From NCBI GenBank assembly GCA_951804945.1, contig OX638150.1:82956001-83020000 (forward strand): a stretch of DNA of 64,000 nucleotides. The letters run 5' to 3'. Position 1 is the stretch's first letter; each line of letters begins with the position of its first letter. The notes below the pieces were generated by a model that saw only the letters and a program-made list of their open reading frames with translations, did no database searches and was not told where the DNA came from. This document shows, one piece after another, positions 1 to 13,500 of this stretch. The stretch comes from Podarcis cretensis (taxonomy: Eukaryota). Made by a program: the position numbers and the translations under genes.

Positions 1-1802
1 TACAGCTCCCCCTCCACTAAATGAATGGGCAACTTGCCTGCTTATGGCGATCATTCTGTGCAGACTTACAAGAAAGCGAGCCTCTTTGTACATAATAGGG
101 TTTGCTTCCAAGCATACATGCATAGAACAGGGCTATGTGAAATCCACATATCAGTGGGCATATCACACATGCACACACCCTACTTCCTATAGGTATAGAG
201 TGGTAGATAATTTAAAAACATTCTGTAAACGTAAAAAATATTTTTTCTCAGATTTCAACAAATGACAGTAAAAAGGGAAAGCTAGGTGTGCTAGGTGTGT
301 TGGAAAGCTGTTTATTATCATGCTAATTGTTTGTAATGCAATTTCATAGCATAGTTTAATGCCACAAATGCAATAGAAAAGAGGAACCATGAATAAATTA
401 GCCACTAAAGTGCAGGGCCAGAGCCAGATTGAGGCCCTTCCTGTGTTGTAATTATTGAATATCCTCCAATAACGAAAAGTGAGCTTTGGTGATTTCTCAT
501 CTGAGCTGTTTTGATATTCCCCAGTGCTCAAAACAGCCAGCTTTGTCTTTTCTTCCTTAAATATTTGTCTTGTAATTTACTTGGACCACAGTCCTAAGCA
601 TCCTTCCTAGTAAGTCTCATTGAACTCAGTGGGAACTCCAAGTGGACATTGTTTTTGACTGGCCTTTAAGTCTGCCTTTTAAACATTAGCAAAACATATA
701 TAATAAAAATGATAAACATGTGCAAGACATAGAAAGGGATTGAAAATGAATCATGATTATTTGCACTTTATTTAAGTAAGATACTAATGTGAACCTGAAT
801 TAAAATTGCTGAATTAAAAAGCTGAATTAAAAATGCTGGCATTGAAAAGACAAACAGATGACATATAATACTCTAAGACTTGGGCAAAGGTATGAGGAAG
901 GGGGGAAAACCATTTCCATTAGATGCAAGAAAAAGAACTGTTACGCTCTGCTTTTGAGGATTAGAAAGCTTGAGGAGCCTTTTCTTTTGCTCAACACTTG
1001 TCTTGGCAGAGCCTGAAGAAACCACTGGAGTCAATAGTACCCACCGGGTTTTGCAGAGATAAGTCATTTGTATGCTCTGCTGTAAAGGGTCAGCCAAGAA
1101 CTCTTGCTTCTACTGTTATGAAAATTGTTTGTTTCCTGTGGCCTCTCAGGAGGGAAAGTGTCAGTCAAAGCAGCACAAGTAATTTCAAAGAAAATCCTAA
1201 CCAGGTCTAATGTGAGTTGCTTATGCTTCATACAACTAACTTCTAAACAATCTAGCAACAGAATGAAGATTTATCACACAATGGTTCCTTAGATCTTGAG
1301 CTAGGTGGTGATACCTAGTGTTAGTCATATGCAGAGCACACCCATTCAGATAAATAGAATTAAGCGCATTGATCTCCTCTGGTTAAGACTTAGTTGGTTG
1401 TCACACTAAGTGTCCAGCAAGTCAGACCCTTAGTAGTTAACTAACCCTTCGTTAATAATGGCTAATCAGCCTTTTTAAAAAAGATGTGAAAGCATCCATT
1501 GTTGAACTGGATATTTCTTGATCTGTGCTGCAGTTAGTAGACTTTTTTTCAATTTTATATTTACTATGACAGCATTTTAGGACTAAATTTGAAGGCAAAC
1601 AGTCAACAAATAGTCATGTTTTAGTACTCTTATTATACTTTCTTGTAATTATTAGGAATGTGATGGTTTAAAGAAGCCTTTTAGATGAGAGGTAGGAGCA
1701 CCAAAAGTCAGGCCAGTTCAATATAATATATACACCACTTTCTGAAAGGGGCCAAAATGACCCAAAGTGTTGGGTGGAATGCAACATAGTACTTTAGTAT
1801 TT

Positions 1803-1861
1803 TTTTTTTCCCCCGAATACATTTTTATTAAAGTTATACACAAAACAGACATATAAAAAAG

Positions 1862-1901
<40 letters not shown>

Positions 1902-2032
1902 AAGATTACAAAAAAGGGGTCACTACAACAGAGATATACAAGCCAACTTTTTCCTTTTTCCAACTATACAAAGAAAATAATTTAGCTACATTGTGCAAAA
2001 AAAAAAAGAAAAGAAAAAGAAAAGAAAAGAAA
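1803..2032 (-). mobile_element. Short poly(A)-tailed retroposed insertion (probable 5'-truncated L1-type 3' end) containing a (TA)n tract
   Basis: Exact 15-bp TSD AGTACTTTAGTATTT at 1788-1802 and 2033-2047. Minus-strand AATAAA (plus-strand TTTATT 1824-1829) followed by poly(A). The terminal motif catttttattaaagttat recurs near 13093. Confidence 0.7.
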
Positions 2033-3117
2033 AGTACTTTAGTATTTAGTGGGCTATGCGTCTGTTGGATGGAGTCTGCTCACACAATAAAACTTCCCCT
2101 CCTCTCTTCTGCCTGCACACAGTGGGGAGGAAAGTGTGGGGGCACAAAGTTGGAGGAGTGGGGTGAAAATCCCATTGCACAAGTGGACCTCGTTCCATGC
2201 ATGCAGCACCCTAGTCGAACCCTGCCCGATATATTTATTAATCTTTGTGGATCAAAAGGATTAATTGAGAGAGGTGTTCTGCAACATACCAAACTTAACC
2301 AATCTTTCTTTTGGCTCCACGGGAGCTAAAACTCTTCCTATACTCTTGCTAAAGTTCACCAAACAGCTAGAATTTCCTTAAGAATCGTTGCATATCATAA
2401 TAGGTGAATTCATGTTGTCAAAATACAAGAGCTGAGCCAAAGTTTAATGAGTTTTGAATTTTGTGTTGAAATTAGCATGTTTTGAGGAATGAGAACCTAC
2501 GCGGACATTGGACAATGTGTTTCCCCCTTAAAGCAGGGCACAGTTTAGGAACACTCCCAAGTCTTGGGATCAGTAATGCTGTGCAAATGGGAGATTTCAT
2601 AAATTTTGGGTAACTGTTTGAATAAAGTTTTAGAAACATTTCCCCAACTCAACCAAGCTACAGCTTAGTCAGGGTCATTTTATATCCTCTTCGTAAGCTG
2701 TCCACCCTGGCTCATGTGCTTGTCAACAGGCACAGGGTTAGGCTGGGCACATGTGACAGAGCAAGGATTACCAAGAACAGAAAGTGCCTTAGCTTTATCT
2801 TTATTTTATTTGGTTTAGAGGTAGGGATGGTCAAATTTCTAACCCATGTCACTTTAACCTGATCTGTTCATTCCTATGAGTTATTTTCAGTCCCTTTCCA
2901 TAGGAATTTGCTGATTTTCCAAGAATTTGCAGAAATATTTATATGTTAACTATTTTCCCCACCCCCCTAAAAATAGGCATTTCTCCAGAGGTGGTAAACG
3001 CGTGGCATCAATAAGTTATGCTGCCCTCTTGTGCCTGAATACAGGAATCACAAGTCTTTGTCCATTACTGGCTCCTCTCTTCCTCTTGACCAGGTTGTTT
3101 CTCATTTTGAGCCAGAG

Positions 3118-3120
<3 letters not shown>

Positions 3121-3155
<35 letters not shown>
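3121..3155. repeat. (TC)n microsatellite
   Basis: direct reading. Confidence 0.95.
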
Positions 3156-3159
<4 letters not shown>

Positions 3160-3914
3160 TGTACTCTCTAGCTGTCTACTCCTCAGGCTTGTGATTTGTG
3201 CTTTGAAAACATTTTGTCCATTTGTATGAGAGTGTATGATCTGCGTTGTTTGCCTTGCCTTTCCCTTATCAGCCTTCTTCTGCCCTTATTATGATCACTT
3301 TCTCAATCTCTTTGAGATTCAGTTGCAATGTCAGTAGCTTGGTTTGGTCAGTTGCCTGGACATGAGGATACCAGAACACATGCACACTGCTTTGGGGATC
3401 CATGATGAAAGAAAGATGGGATAGGAATAAATTAAAGGCCATCGCTGACTCTGTGGACCAGGAGAAGCACAAGCGAGTGTGAAGTCCTCAGGCCATGTGT
3501 GTGTAGAAGGGGTGCTGAGGGTTCCTTCCCCTCTCCCTGACTGCGGGAATTTGAATCTTCCTTGGAGTTGCAAGGCAAGCAACACTTGGGGACTGCTAAG
3601 GTTCCTCATTCTCAAGTCTGATGAATGAGCTATTACAGGGACTACACTGTTCCAAAAGCCAGCCTTTGGGAGCTGCTGCTTACTTCCTTCTTGTACTGGA
3701 ATTCTGAGGTGGTAGTCAAAAGCCTGACGCTGATAATGATGACTTGCACTAATACTGAATGTGAAAAGGATGTTTTATATCAGCTTCTTATATCAGTCAT
3801 TTTAAAAGTTGTTTAAGACAATTAAAATATTTTCTTTTTTACAGAGGAGCCTTAAATCCTACAGATTATTTGCATCTGAAGTCAATCCAGTGAATTTGAA
3901 ATTGTTTCCAAAAG

Positions 3915-4350
3915 TATTACTTTTTTAAAAAATTATGGCTGCCATTAACAGAGCAGAGGTATACCTAGGACATCAGTTTGCTGACAGCTTTTACATGAGC
4001 TTAACAGTATGGGGCAATCTTTCAACTTGTAACCATCTGTTACTCTGTGAAGTTCTGTGTGATGTTTTGGTCAGGCTATATAAACAATTAACATTTTCTA
4101 CAGTATAAGATAAAATGCAGACCCCCATGCCTACAGATGCATATGATTAGCTGTACTGCTTGAAATGGGTGAGAGTATATAGTATATTAAATATTGCATA
4201 GCAGGGTTGCAAATAGAAGGAATGCCTGGTGCTAAATGTGAGAAGGTGCTTCATACAGCTTTCCATATAGAATTGCATCCCTTTTTTGGAGTGTTTATTA
4301 CATCACCAATGAAACCTAAGAACTGGGTGTGCACCCTACATCCCTATGGA
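3915..4350 (+). repeat. Copy A of a locally duplicated intronic element (partner ~12013-12440)
   Basis: 3999-4096 aligns ungapped to 12094-12191 with 4 mismatches in 98 nt; weaker similarity continues on both sides (boundaries approximate). Confidence 0.92.
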
Positions 4351-5193
4351 AAGTGACAGGGGATGTATATAGGGTTTTATTTTCAAATTTGTTATAGTTT
4401 ATTTCAAAGCCATAATTGAACAGGGGTTCACAATCTTTTCACCACGCGGAATATCTCCACTGGATGAGACCACACAGATTCAACGACATCTTGACCATAA
4501 ATATGGTAACAGATGCTCTCTGTGTCTCATGCATGGTCAGGTTCAGTTTTTCTCTGACTATGCTTTAGCCATTATCCATGCTGCCCCACTGCCCTCAGTT
4601 TCCCTCAGTAAACCAGGAAGATGCTTGAACTCTTCTGGCAAGGAGGAGGAGAGGAGACTGGGAGTTACTAAGTCAGTTGCCTGTGTGCCTAGAACAATGC
4701 CAAACCAGATAGAGCCAGTCAAACACTTCCCTGAAAAATTATGGAAACCATGTGGATCCAGTAGATTTTAGGAAGAGACTATCCTAAATGCAGAAGCAGC
4801 TGAGGGACTGAGATGCTACGCTAGCTTTTCAATCGTGCCTCTCCTACTTACCAGGACAGATGAAGTAGTGCAGAGGTCAGTCTATCGAAAGGCACTGGTG
4901 GAGTCAATCCAGTGCTTCTGCTGTTCAGTACCACTGCACCAACCTCCCCACCACCTCAACCCAGCCCTTTCCCCTCCCAGTAAACAACAGCAACTCACCT
5001 ATCCAGGAAGCAAGTAAAGCAACTCTACCCCCATCAAGTCAGTCACTCCCGTCTAACTAGCCCTTCCTTCTTCCTTTAGTTTTATTCATATGACTTAAAA
5101 TGCATTCTGAACATAGCTCCATTGGTTTTCTACAAACAGCTTTGGATGTACAGTGACACTTCCTTTCCCTCTCTTCCAACTACCTCATGCCCC

Positions 5194-5315
5194 AAGGTTA
5201 CCAGATTTTTTTTCAATGAATCCAGGGACACTTTTCAACTTCAATTGATTTTGTGTGGGGAGTGATTTGTAAATCCGGGGACTGTTCCTGGGAAACAGGG
5301 ACGCCTGGTAACCTT
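5194..5315. mobile_element. Small non-autonomous DNA transposon (MITE)
   Basis: Terminal inverted repeats (TIRs) AAGGTTACCAG (5194-5204) / CTGGTAACCTT (5305-5315); subterminal GGGAC motifs; no clear TSD. Confidence 0.7.
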
Positions 5316-6238
5316 ACCATAAATCTGCTCCACAGGGTTAGGGGGAAACCCCAGAATATATTTAGGAGGAAGTGGAAAGGAGAGGGAGAGGAAGTGCCAT
5401 TGAGTAGCCAAAATTGCTTGCACCAGCAGAGCTGTTTAGTTGGATACCACCCAATATGCTTTAGCCTAGAGGCCTCAGCTGCAGTGCTGGTAAGATTCGT
5501 CCTCCAAATTCTAGAGCATGACACTGATGTCACAGCAGCACTTCTCAAGGTTCTAATCCAGAACCATTTCAATTCCGAGGATAATTCTCTCTTTTTAACC
5601 CATCCCAGCCAAGCCATTCTTATTCCCATGAGCAAAATGGGAAAGAATCCCTGTTGAAGAAGCATGTGTGGAAACCTGTAATTGAAACAAGCAATTCATG
5701 ATACTGAAGGCATGGCAGTCAGTGCAAGCAAGACTGGATGGAAGTCAAATTGGAACATGGGTTCTTCCTGTAATGTTAGCACTTGTCTGTTGGAAACTTT
5801 CAGCATCTCCCTAATAAATTGGAAGTAGAATATTTAAGGAAGAGGTCAGCAACTCGTAGATTCCAGCTGGGAAGTATTTTATCAGCTGTTCTCTTTGGCT
5901 AATACTGATCTGTGTTTTTACATTGCATGCAATGCATTTTCTAAATTTGTTGTTGTTTTCTGTCTTCATCTGATGCTTCTAATGAAAGCACTTGCTGCTG
6001 ACACTCTTTCTTAGGGGATCAGATCAAGACAGGCACTTCATGGTTGGAAGTTAATTGAGTTTGAATGAAAATACTAAAGGATTGGTGTGTGGGTGTGTTG
6101 TTGGAGGGGGGCTTGTAATTGACTCTACTGGTTAATGCTCAGTTTTATTGACAAAATACCAGACATAGTGGCTACCCTCCCACCCCTGGAGTTGGGACTA
6201 TGTAATGTAGTTATTTTGCCTAGCTGGTAATGTGTGTG

Positions 6239-6630
6239 TAGGGATGGACAAATCTGTCCCTTTGGATTTCTCACTTTTCCTGTCTGAAGTTCAGTTCACT
6301 CCATTTCCACATCACTTTGCAATGCTTACTTAAAAGTTCTCACAAAAACCTGTATGTATTTTCATGCACATTGCGCATTTCTGTATGCATTTTTTTCAGG
6401 AAGTTTTCACCAATATAATGCACTTTTGCACATTGTTTTCATTAATATACTTTGTGTGTGTGTGTGCACACTTTCCCTTAAAATACACCCTTTTGTATAC
6501 TTTGGTGCACTGTGGAACTACATTGCAAAAACGAGAGTAGTGCAAAGTTTGAAGGATAGCTGTGTTTCAAGTCATATAACGGTTTGGGAAGGGCAAGTTA
6601 AAATGCAAGCCATTTTCTCCCTCATCCCTA
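6239..6630. mobile_element. MITE with TAGGGATG...CATCCCTA termini; related copy at ~62860-63400 and possibly ~2822
   Basis: Inverted termini; internal gttcagttcactccatttccaca segment shared with ~62870. Confidence 0.65.
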
Positions 6631-7558
6631 TAATGTATGATATACAGTTGTAGAGCCCTATTTTGGATTGTTCATTTGAGTCGTAGCTCATGGTATACCT
6701 GATGAGTACATCTATGTGGACTGAATCAGCATGTCTTCTTTGGGAGTAATGTAGGCAAAGTTTAGCATTTCAGTGGCGTAGTGATTTCTACAGAAGGGTC
6801 AAATATTTTCTCAGCGCTCATACCGAAATCTCTAAATCATCTCTCACACTGATTTCAGTGACATAAATCAGTGTGTAGCTTTACACTGCAATATGCCTTT
6901 ATTTAGATATCAACAGCAACTTTGATCGGTTTGGACGTACGTAAGACAAATGGCACAGATTTTACAGTTCTTGCAAATAATTGTGACAGTTTCAGTAGTA
7001 ACAGTAGCATTCTGCCATTTAGTAGCATGAAGCTTTTGTTTACAAAATCAGAATTGCGTCTTATGCACAGGCACTCAAGTGCAGCTCATACTTGTGTTTA
7101 AATATGTGCACACACAATTATGAATGTGTATTTTGAATGGTCCATTAATTGGAATGGATCTTAACTGTAAGAGGGGCCTAAAAGATCCAAGAAAGGCCTT
7201 TTAAATGATGCAGTTACCTCTACGTTGAATTATATTTGTGTACAGGAAGATGGAACTTCACAATTCAAGTGCGATACCATATCTTTTGGGGAAACCATCC
7301 CTTTCCTCTAGCACTGCAGTGTTTTAACAAATTGCATAGTGCTAGTGATATTTAGCAGAGAAGCTGTCCTTTCGTTCCTCCGATAGTCCCATGTTTATGC
7401 AGCAGATTGAATTAATTGGAAATATTTCTCCTGTTACTTCCTCTATTTTTATTAGCTTGGTGATTTTTTTAAATTAATGAATCAGCTAAACTCACGTTAA
7501 TATATCACATCAATTATATAATGATGGCTTGTTCTATTTTGTTCTTGTTTTTTTCCAG

Positions 7559-7576
7559 CTTCCTCAGGCTCAAAAG
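7559..7576 (+). CDS. CACNA2D3: CACNA2D3 18-nt microexon (exon ~14), LPQAQK
   Basis: ttcttgtttttttccag|CTTCCTCAGGCTCAAAAG|gtaaac; phase 0/0; peptide matches the segment preceding L-x-D-D-Q-G in alpha2delta-3. Confidence 0.93.
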
Positions 7577-10500
7577 GTAAACTATTTTCAATCAATACTT
7601 ATTCAAAAGAAATCACCAACTCTTCATGTTTCCACAGTGTCATGAATATGGTACAATGGTGATCAGTGAAATGCTTTACAATGTCACAGCTGTAATGAAC
7701 TGGAGAGCATAACATTGCTTAAATCAAAGCCAGGCATTGTAAGCAGTCAAGTCACCCACTGAGAGTTACAACTCAGACACAATGTGAGAGCTATTTGAAC
7801 AAAATGGACATGGAGTGGACTGCTGAGTTGCACAATACAGGATCCATTTTGTTATCACTTTGAAAATAATAGACAACCATCAAATGGACATGGCAGTTAC
7901 GAAGAAGCCATCCCTAGGCCGTTACATTCCCCACCAGAGGAACAATGGGTTTCATGGCATGGCTATATCCTTTCACTGGTCCCTATTGTATTGTCTTATC
8001 AAAAGCCTCTCAGTACATCTAGCATATGGTTTGTCCAAGGAGGTTTCCATGCAACATGCTCTTGTTGTTGTACAGCTTCTGCTTTGATATGGTATGATCC
8101 AGAGCTACCCCATTGCATTTCATGATATCACAAACAACAATTGTGGCCAGCACAACATATCACTTGATGCCTGTTGCATCATTCTTGTATAATTCACAAA
8201 TATAATTGAAAGACACATGTGTATATATACACACACGCACTGCTACAGTTTAGAATGTCATTGTGTTATTAGATGTGCGGCATTTAGCCTCCCAGAATTC
8301 TTGTGTGATTACAACAAAATAGCTTTGTCCCTCACCCGTTTGTTTTATCGTAATTATTACTAGATCAGCAGACTTGAATGGAAAAGTCCAAGTGCCCCTT
8401 TCTTTGTGTGCTCAGCTGGATTTTTCCTGCCATTATTGAGCAGGAAAGCCTCCCTCGCCACTGCTGTTTTTCACTTTTGTTTCATGAAGCAGCACAACTT
8501 GCTTTATCGACGCAGAGAGAATAAAGTAGCATGGTGTGGATAAAAGAAGCTGGAGTGGCAGAAAACCTTTGGCATGGGAGAGGCGATCTTTAAGCTTTTC
8601 CTTGCCCCAACTGCTTCTCTCCTTGAAGAGAAAAATACACATGCACCCACTATATTTTCTTCTGCAGGGGCAAGCAATTATAATTTGGGGAGGGGGGGGA
8701 GCTTACAGGGACAGGTTTAAGCTCTTTTCCTCAGAGCTGTTACTTTGATCATTTGGAGTAGTAAAACACAAAAAGAAAAATCTTTCTTCCTCACGTGTAG
8801 CTTGGCTCCAGGTCAAAGCCAATGGCTGTAGTTTAGATGGTCCAATTATAAACACAGGGTCACACATACGTGGAGGCCTCCATTTTGTTTTCTGTGAGGA
8901 GATGCAAGATAATGGTCACTGAGTACTCAAAATGTCACTGAGGTGTAAATGGCTTTAACTGTTTTATGGACCACCCAAGGAACTTTAGCTTTGGGGTCAT
9001 ATCAAAATGTAGTTAGTAAATAAATAAATAATACATTGAGGACCGAGAACTTTTAAATGCCAAATCTATTCCAACCCAATTATCGGTGCTAAAATAACTA
9101 CGGTCCTTTGGTTTCTAGTTTCCAGAGCAAGCAAAATCATTATGAAGATGCTTGCAGCTGCAATTCTAAATGCTCATACGAGAGAACAAGAACTAATGAA
9201 CACAGTGGGACTTACTTCTGCCTCAACTTTGTAGGATTGTGCTGACCATAATCTTTTTAAACTCCTGAAACCCATTTGTAAAGGTTAATAGCCTTTTTAC
9301 ACTTAGCAAAAATGTGGCTTCATTATTTAGTAAATACAATTTTTGGTTAAACTCTTCTACCAAAATGCTCGAGCCCCCTTTTTAGTTGTTCATTCAGTTC
9401 AGAATAACCATCCATAGGAGGGGGGTGCGGAGAGAATACTTGAATTGGAACATCTGTACGGCTTTTGAGGGGACGGAGCCTGTCACTTTGGTGTGCTTAT
9501 TCAGTGTGGAATGAACAGATGAAAGGGGCTTTTGTGTACAGTGTCAGTGATCTGTTAGGACTATTACTAGAGTTAAGGCAAAGGCAACCAAGGTAGAAGC
9601 ACTATGTCAGTTATGGGCATATGTTTACCAGTTTAAAGTAACGGCGGATATGATTCCTATTAAGAGTATGCCAATATCATGCCACGAGTTCCCAGCTCTG
9701 GAGTATATGCTGTTGTTCATTGTTACAGATCTACAAGACTTCCATATATTCTCAAGCTAGGTTCTAAAGGCAGAATTGTTGCTTTCTTAGCATCTCAAAC
9801 GCCAAGGAATAAAATCATTTCCTTTAGGTATCACTGTTGTTCATTCTTTGAACCTCTTTTTAATGCCAGGAACAGCCCTGTTAAGTATGAACTCATCGTT
9901 AAGCATATGCACAGTCCCATTTCTAAAACATTGGGTAACCACAATCCGCTCCCCCAGACGTTGTTAGGAAAATGACCTGCAAGTCACTAGGTGCAATTTC
10001 CAGGCAGCCTTGGGCCCTGTGCTGGGAAATAAACAGGGAAATGAAAGAGGGATATAAAAAGTGAAAAGTATGAAACCATAATAGGTGTTGGAGATATCTT
10101 GCTGCAATTTATCCGTGTTTCTCTATAGTTGACTTGGAACAGCCTTCAGAAGCCAGTCTCCCTTGTGATATTACAAAACTGTTAAGGGATTCCATATTGT
10201 AATAGTTATTCTTTTCTCATCAGTCAAGTTTATTGTCTCAGTTCTACTTCATTCTCTTGAATAGCATCATAATTGTCTTTCAGTTATTGTTGCAAATCTC
10301 ATAGTTAGTTTTCATCCCACAGGTTTGGTTTAAAATGTAATATCGCTGCTGCTTATTCCTAGGCTTAGCTCCAGCCTCTTCTATGGTTAGCAGATGTTGG
10401 ATGCAGTCATGGTATTTTTAGCACTCCCACCTTAATTTGCATACGTTTTTTCAAGGCACTAGTAGCATCTACCTTCACTCATTAGTAGAAATCCCTTTTT

Positions 10501-13500
10501 GCTCAATAAAAGAGGTTGCTTGCATATGCAGTAGCCCCATTCCTTGCAACTTGTCTGTAAATGGTCATTGGTGATATATAAGCAGTTGCAGTGCTAAGGA
10601 CATGCAGCGTAAATTGGATGCACAGTGTATGTGTGCCTATCTAATGGCTTATTTGGCTCATGAAGTCATAAGGCAGTCCTCAAACAGAAATATTTACAGA
10701 GCTACATCATCTTCAGATCTGTATCAAGCAACAGGGAGTTGTTTGATAGCTAACATGAACTTGGTATAAAATTCTGAGTGGAAATGGAGTTTTGTTGAGT
10801 GTACTAATTAGTTCCCCCCATTCTGAATAACACGGAGATGTTTAACATTGAGACTTTCCCCCCAACTAACTGAAGCATGATGAGAAGTTTTCAAATCCAT
10901 TTGGCATTTGTTTGTTTGAGGAAGACCAGTGCAGGACTGATGCTTGTCTTTGTGAATGACTTGAATCAATGCTAGTGTATGCTTTGCCATATGGTGTGTA
11001 AACTTGTACTGTGTTTTTGTTGGAATCTGTGTATCATCTACAAATGTTTTCTGTATAAACATTTTAAATGGTCATGTCTCTATAAACATGCTCACTTTAA
11101 TCTTCAGATGCTTCTAGAATAATAATGTTGCCATCCAACTTTACTTTTTAAAACTTCTATCTGCCTGAAATCTCATATCAACTTTTAGGGATTGTGTGTG
11201 GTTATTCTTTGTGGATATAAACAACCACTTTGGCGACAAGTGGCAGATTCTCTCTTATGCTACTATTAACTTCGAAGTATTTATTGCAAAAATAATAATA
11301 ATTCTGAAAATGGTTTTAAGTAAGCTAACTACTATAAATTCCTACCAGATACAAAGCAGTGTGCATGTTCTTTAAAATATGGATGCCTATATGCAATGGA
11401 CATTGATAGAAATTGAGGACAAATTGACATTTGCCAGTATACGTTTTTAGGCTGCCAGCAAGAAATGTAAGAAAATTAACAATGTTGCATTCAGTGTTAG
11501 TACTGCTAAGAGTAAACTCAATGAAATTAATGAACATAAGTAACTAATGCCCATTAATTTCAGTGAGTCTTCTCTGAATGGAACATTGGATGCAACTCAA
11601 AAGTTCCTACAGTAACAATGTCCTCTTATACAGGAAAGCTCAGAAGTAAGCACCATTGAGTTAATGGGACTTCTAGGCAAATGTATATAAGGTTAAAACC
11701 CAAATGACCACATTTCATTCACATTTCTATAATTTATTGGTAAAGGGAACATTTGTCATGCCCCAGCGACTCAATTATTTCTGTCATTCAACAGAACATC
11801 TGAAGAATAACCAAGTGCCTTCAGTATAATCCATTTCCATGATTTATCAGTAATTGTCAACATTTATCAAACATATCTTCACTAGAACAATCTCTCTGTT
11901 GGTATTTGTTACCAAACTTTCTGTGGCATTTCTTATAGTAATGGCTGGAAGCATTCTAGAGTCATCTAAAGGTTAAAGAGAAAAACAGCAGAACTACAGC
12001 AACAGGTGGATGTGTTACTTTTAAAAATTATGACTACCATAAAAAGAGAAGAGATGTAGCTAGGACAGCAACTTGCTCACAAATTTTACACAGGCTTAAC
12101 AGTATGGGGCAATCTTTCAACTTGTAACCATCTGTTATTTTGTGAAGTTCTGTGTGATGCTTTGGTCAGGCTATATAAACAGTTAACATTTGGTGCAGCG
12201 TAAGATGCAAGACAGACCTCATATCTACAAATGCATATGATTAACTGTACTACTTGAAATGAACACAAGGACATAAGAGTTAAATATTGCATGGGGAGTT
12301 TGTAAACAGAGCGAATGTCCGGTGTGCTGTTTCACACAGCTTCCTATGTGGAATGGCACTGATCCTTTGAAGGGGTTACTGTGGCACTTCTGAAACATAA
12401 GAATTGAATATGAGTTTTAGATCACTATGTAAGAAGAGACATGCTGTAATAAGATGTCCAAATAATTTGGTTTTTGGATGAGCCTTCCAGGCTTATGATG
12501 CCATCAATAAAACCCCAAATATTTAATTCAGAGAAGCAATTAGTTTACTCTGGGCTTTGAATCTGTGTATTTAGCCCTCCTGATTCCTAACCTATTCTGT
12601 TCCTCAAGCATAAGCTACTCCTGTGTAATAGCCCACTGGGGCATTGTTTTACTTGCTTTGTTGAAACAGCAGGCTTCAAGCTGTGTTATCTTATTCCTGT
12701 TGCGAGGTATTTAGTACTGAGCCTGTATGAAACAGGAGGGACTATATATTAGCCATAGTAATGAAAGAGAGTCAGCCTTGAAAAAATAATTTTGCTAAAT
12801 TGAAAACATTGTTCCCCCCTGCCCGAAATGTTTTTAGAATATGCCTCTGTCATATAATCTTACTCCCTCTAAGTTTCCAGCAGCTTCTTTTCTCTTTGAG
12901 TCTTAACTTATTTGGGCAAGGCTTGCTGTCCTTTTATCTTGACACTATTCTGTTTCCAAAAAGCTAGACACATCATTTATCATTCGCTGCTTCATTTACT
13001 TTTTCCTACTTCAAGGTGCTGAATTACAAGGAAAAATTGGAAAATTTGCAACCCTGATATTGCCGTGGAAATGCATCAGCAATTTTTTTTAGCATTTTTA
13101 TTAAAGTTATCTAAAAAGTTAAATTGAACCAAATGAAGTACAAAAGAACAATATAATGGTACAGTAGCTATTTATGGGTTGTTGTTTTTCTGGAGTGCTG
13201 CTTATTTTCTTTGCAGTGCATTTAAACTCTTTTTAAAGCTAATGCCTGTGTGCCTGGAGGAGCATCATGATCACACATGACCCACACCTAATTTCCAGAT
13301 GTTGAGCATAACATCAGCATAGGTAGATCCCAATACATGTAGACTCTAATCACTGATCTGTATATCGCAAAACTGAATCATACTGGATCACATTATTCAT
13401 GCCTATGAAGACTGGGTTCTACACATGTAGGCAGGCTGTAACTAAAAGTAAATCTGATTTATTTATTTTCGGGGGGGGGGAGAGCAGCTTTTTATTTTTC

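Noticed and set aside
1-7558. Upstream CACNA2D3 exon (…VVWTEAYIDST)
   Set aside because: Not found; it presumably lies 5' of the window.
8668-8714. Cryptic 47-nt exon (ttttcttctgcag|…CAG|gtttaa)
   Set aside because: Weak donor, frameshifting, includes a G-run, and no supporting homology.
3915-12440. The two direct repeats as paired LTRs of an 8-kb provirus
   Set aside because: The interval has no gag/pol/env remnants, PBS or PPT that I can see, and it contains the conserved CACNA2D3 microexon.
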